Of a stretch of 64,000 bases of DNA, positions 63,517-64,000 are shown in pieces. Both the position numbers and the translations under genes were made by a program. The notes beneath the pieces are model-generated. The model was not told where the DNA came from. It saw only the letters and a list, made by a program, of their open reading frames with translations, and did not search any database. The DNA comes from the human T2T-CHM13v2.0 reference genome, Homo sapiens. Position 1 is the first letter of the stretch. Each line of letters opens with the position of its first letter. The stretch is from assembly GCF_009914755.1 (NCBI RefSeq), contig NC_060931.1; one strand, given 5' to 3'.

Positions 63517-63640
63517 GGGCCATGGTATAATTTATGTTCAACAGAGACCTTTGGGAGTGAGTGTCAGTGCCGTAGCGGAACACAGGGATCTGAGGCACAA
63601 GGCAGGGCTGTCCCAGGCAAACAGGGACACCGGCCCCTTC
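63517..63640 (+). mobile_element. MER81-like (hAT-Blackjack) MITE
   Basis: TATAATTTATGTTCAACAGAGACCTTTGGGAGTGA...GGGCTGTCCCAGGCAAACAGGGACAC resembles MER81 as recalled. Confidence 0.5.
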
Positions 63641-63828
63641 ATCAGTAGGTGACATGCTTTCATTCAATAGGAAATTCCAGAACACCAAGAAAGGGATCTC
63701 CAGACAGGGACTTGAAAACAGGATATGGAGGTAGATTTGTGGGAGAGAGTTGGAAAGGGAGCTAGCACTCTTTGAGTACCCACTTTGTGCTAAATACTTA
63801 GTTTTTGACTCCATATGTATGAAGATTA

Positions 63829-63962
63829 CCATATTTCATCAATTTCAAGACGAACCCTTTTTCACAGTGTAACCCCTCTGAAGTCAAGATGCCTCTTATG
63901 AACACTGGCAAGAGAGTTTAGCTGGAGCATAGCCCTTTCCTGATAGCACATAAAGAGACGGT
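63829..63962 (+). mobile_element. MER104-like (TcMar-Tc2) MITE
   Basis: TA|CCATATTTCATCAATTTCAAGACG...TTTTCACAGTGTAACCCCTCTGAAGTCAAGATGCCTCTTA resembles the MER104 5' TIR region as recalled. Confidence 0.5.
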
Positions 63963-64000
63963 GCCCCTCACCAGGGTTCCTGGCTTGGACTGGACAGACG

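Overview
Primate (human-like) nuclear DNA: it contains AluS elements, old L1/L2/MIR relics, a MaLR LTR and Tigger/hAT DNA-transposon fossils. The sequence looks intergenic or deep-intronic, with a subtelomeric character: about 20 GC-rich minisatellites and short tandem arrays (roughly 9 kb in total) lie among AT-rich, homeobox-motif-dense islands that resemble developmental enhancers. I recognise no protein-coding gene, RNA gene or CRISPR array. Most long ORFs in the track are by-products of tandem repeats or decayed L1/Alu. The most striking element is a 1.58-kb, 34-bp-unit minisatellite (31496-33078) that appears to have grown inside an old L1MC 3' UTR. By manual count it carries about 43 perfect AP-1 sites interleaved with about 24 perfect PBX-MEIS/PREP decamers (TGATTGACAG). 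Several other VNTRs also amplify recognisable TF motifs (E-box/HRE, HRE+XRE, E-box within a hairpin). A 21-bp indel-free repeat reads as a leucine heptad/coiled-coil on the minus strand. Repeat subfamily names come from my recollection of consensus sequences and need RepeatMasker/Dfam confirmation. The chromosomal locus was not identified.
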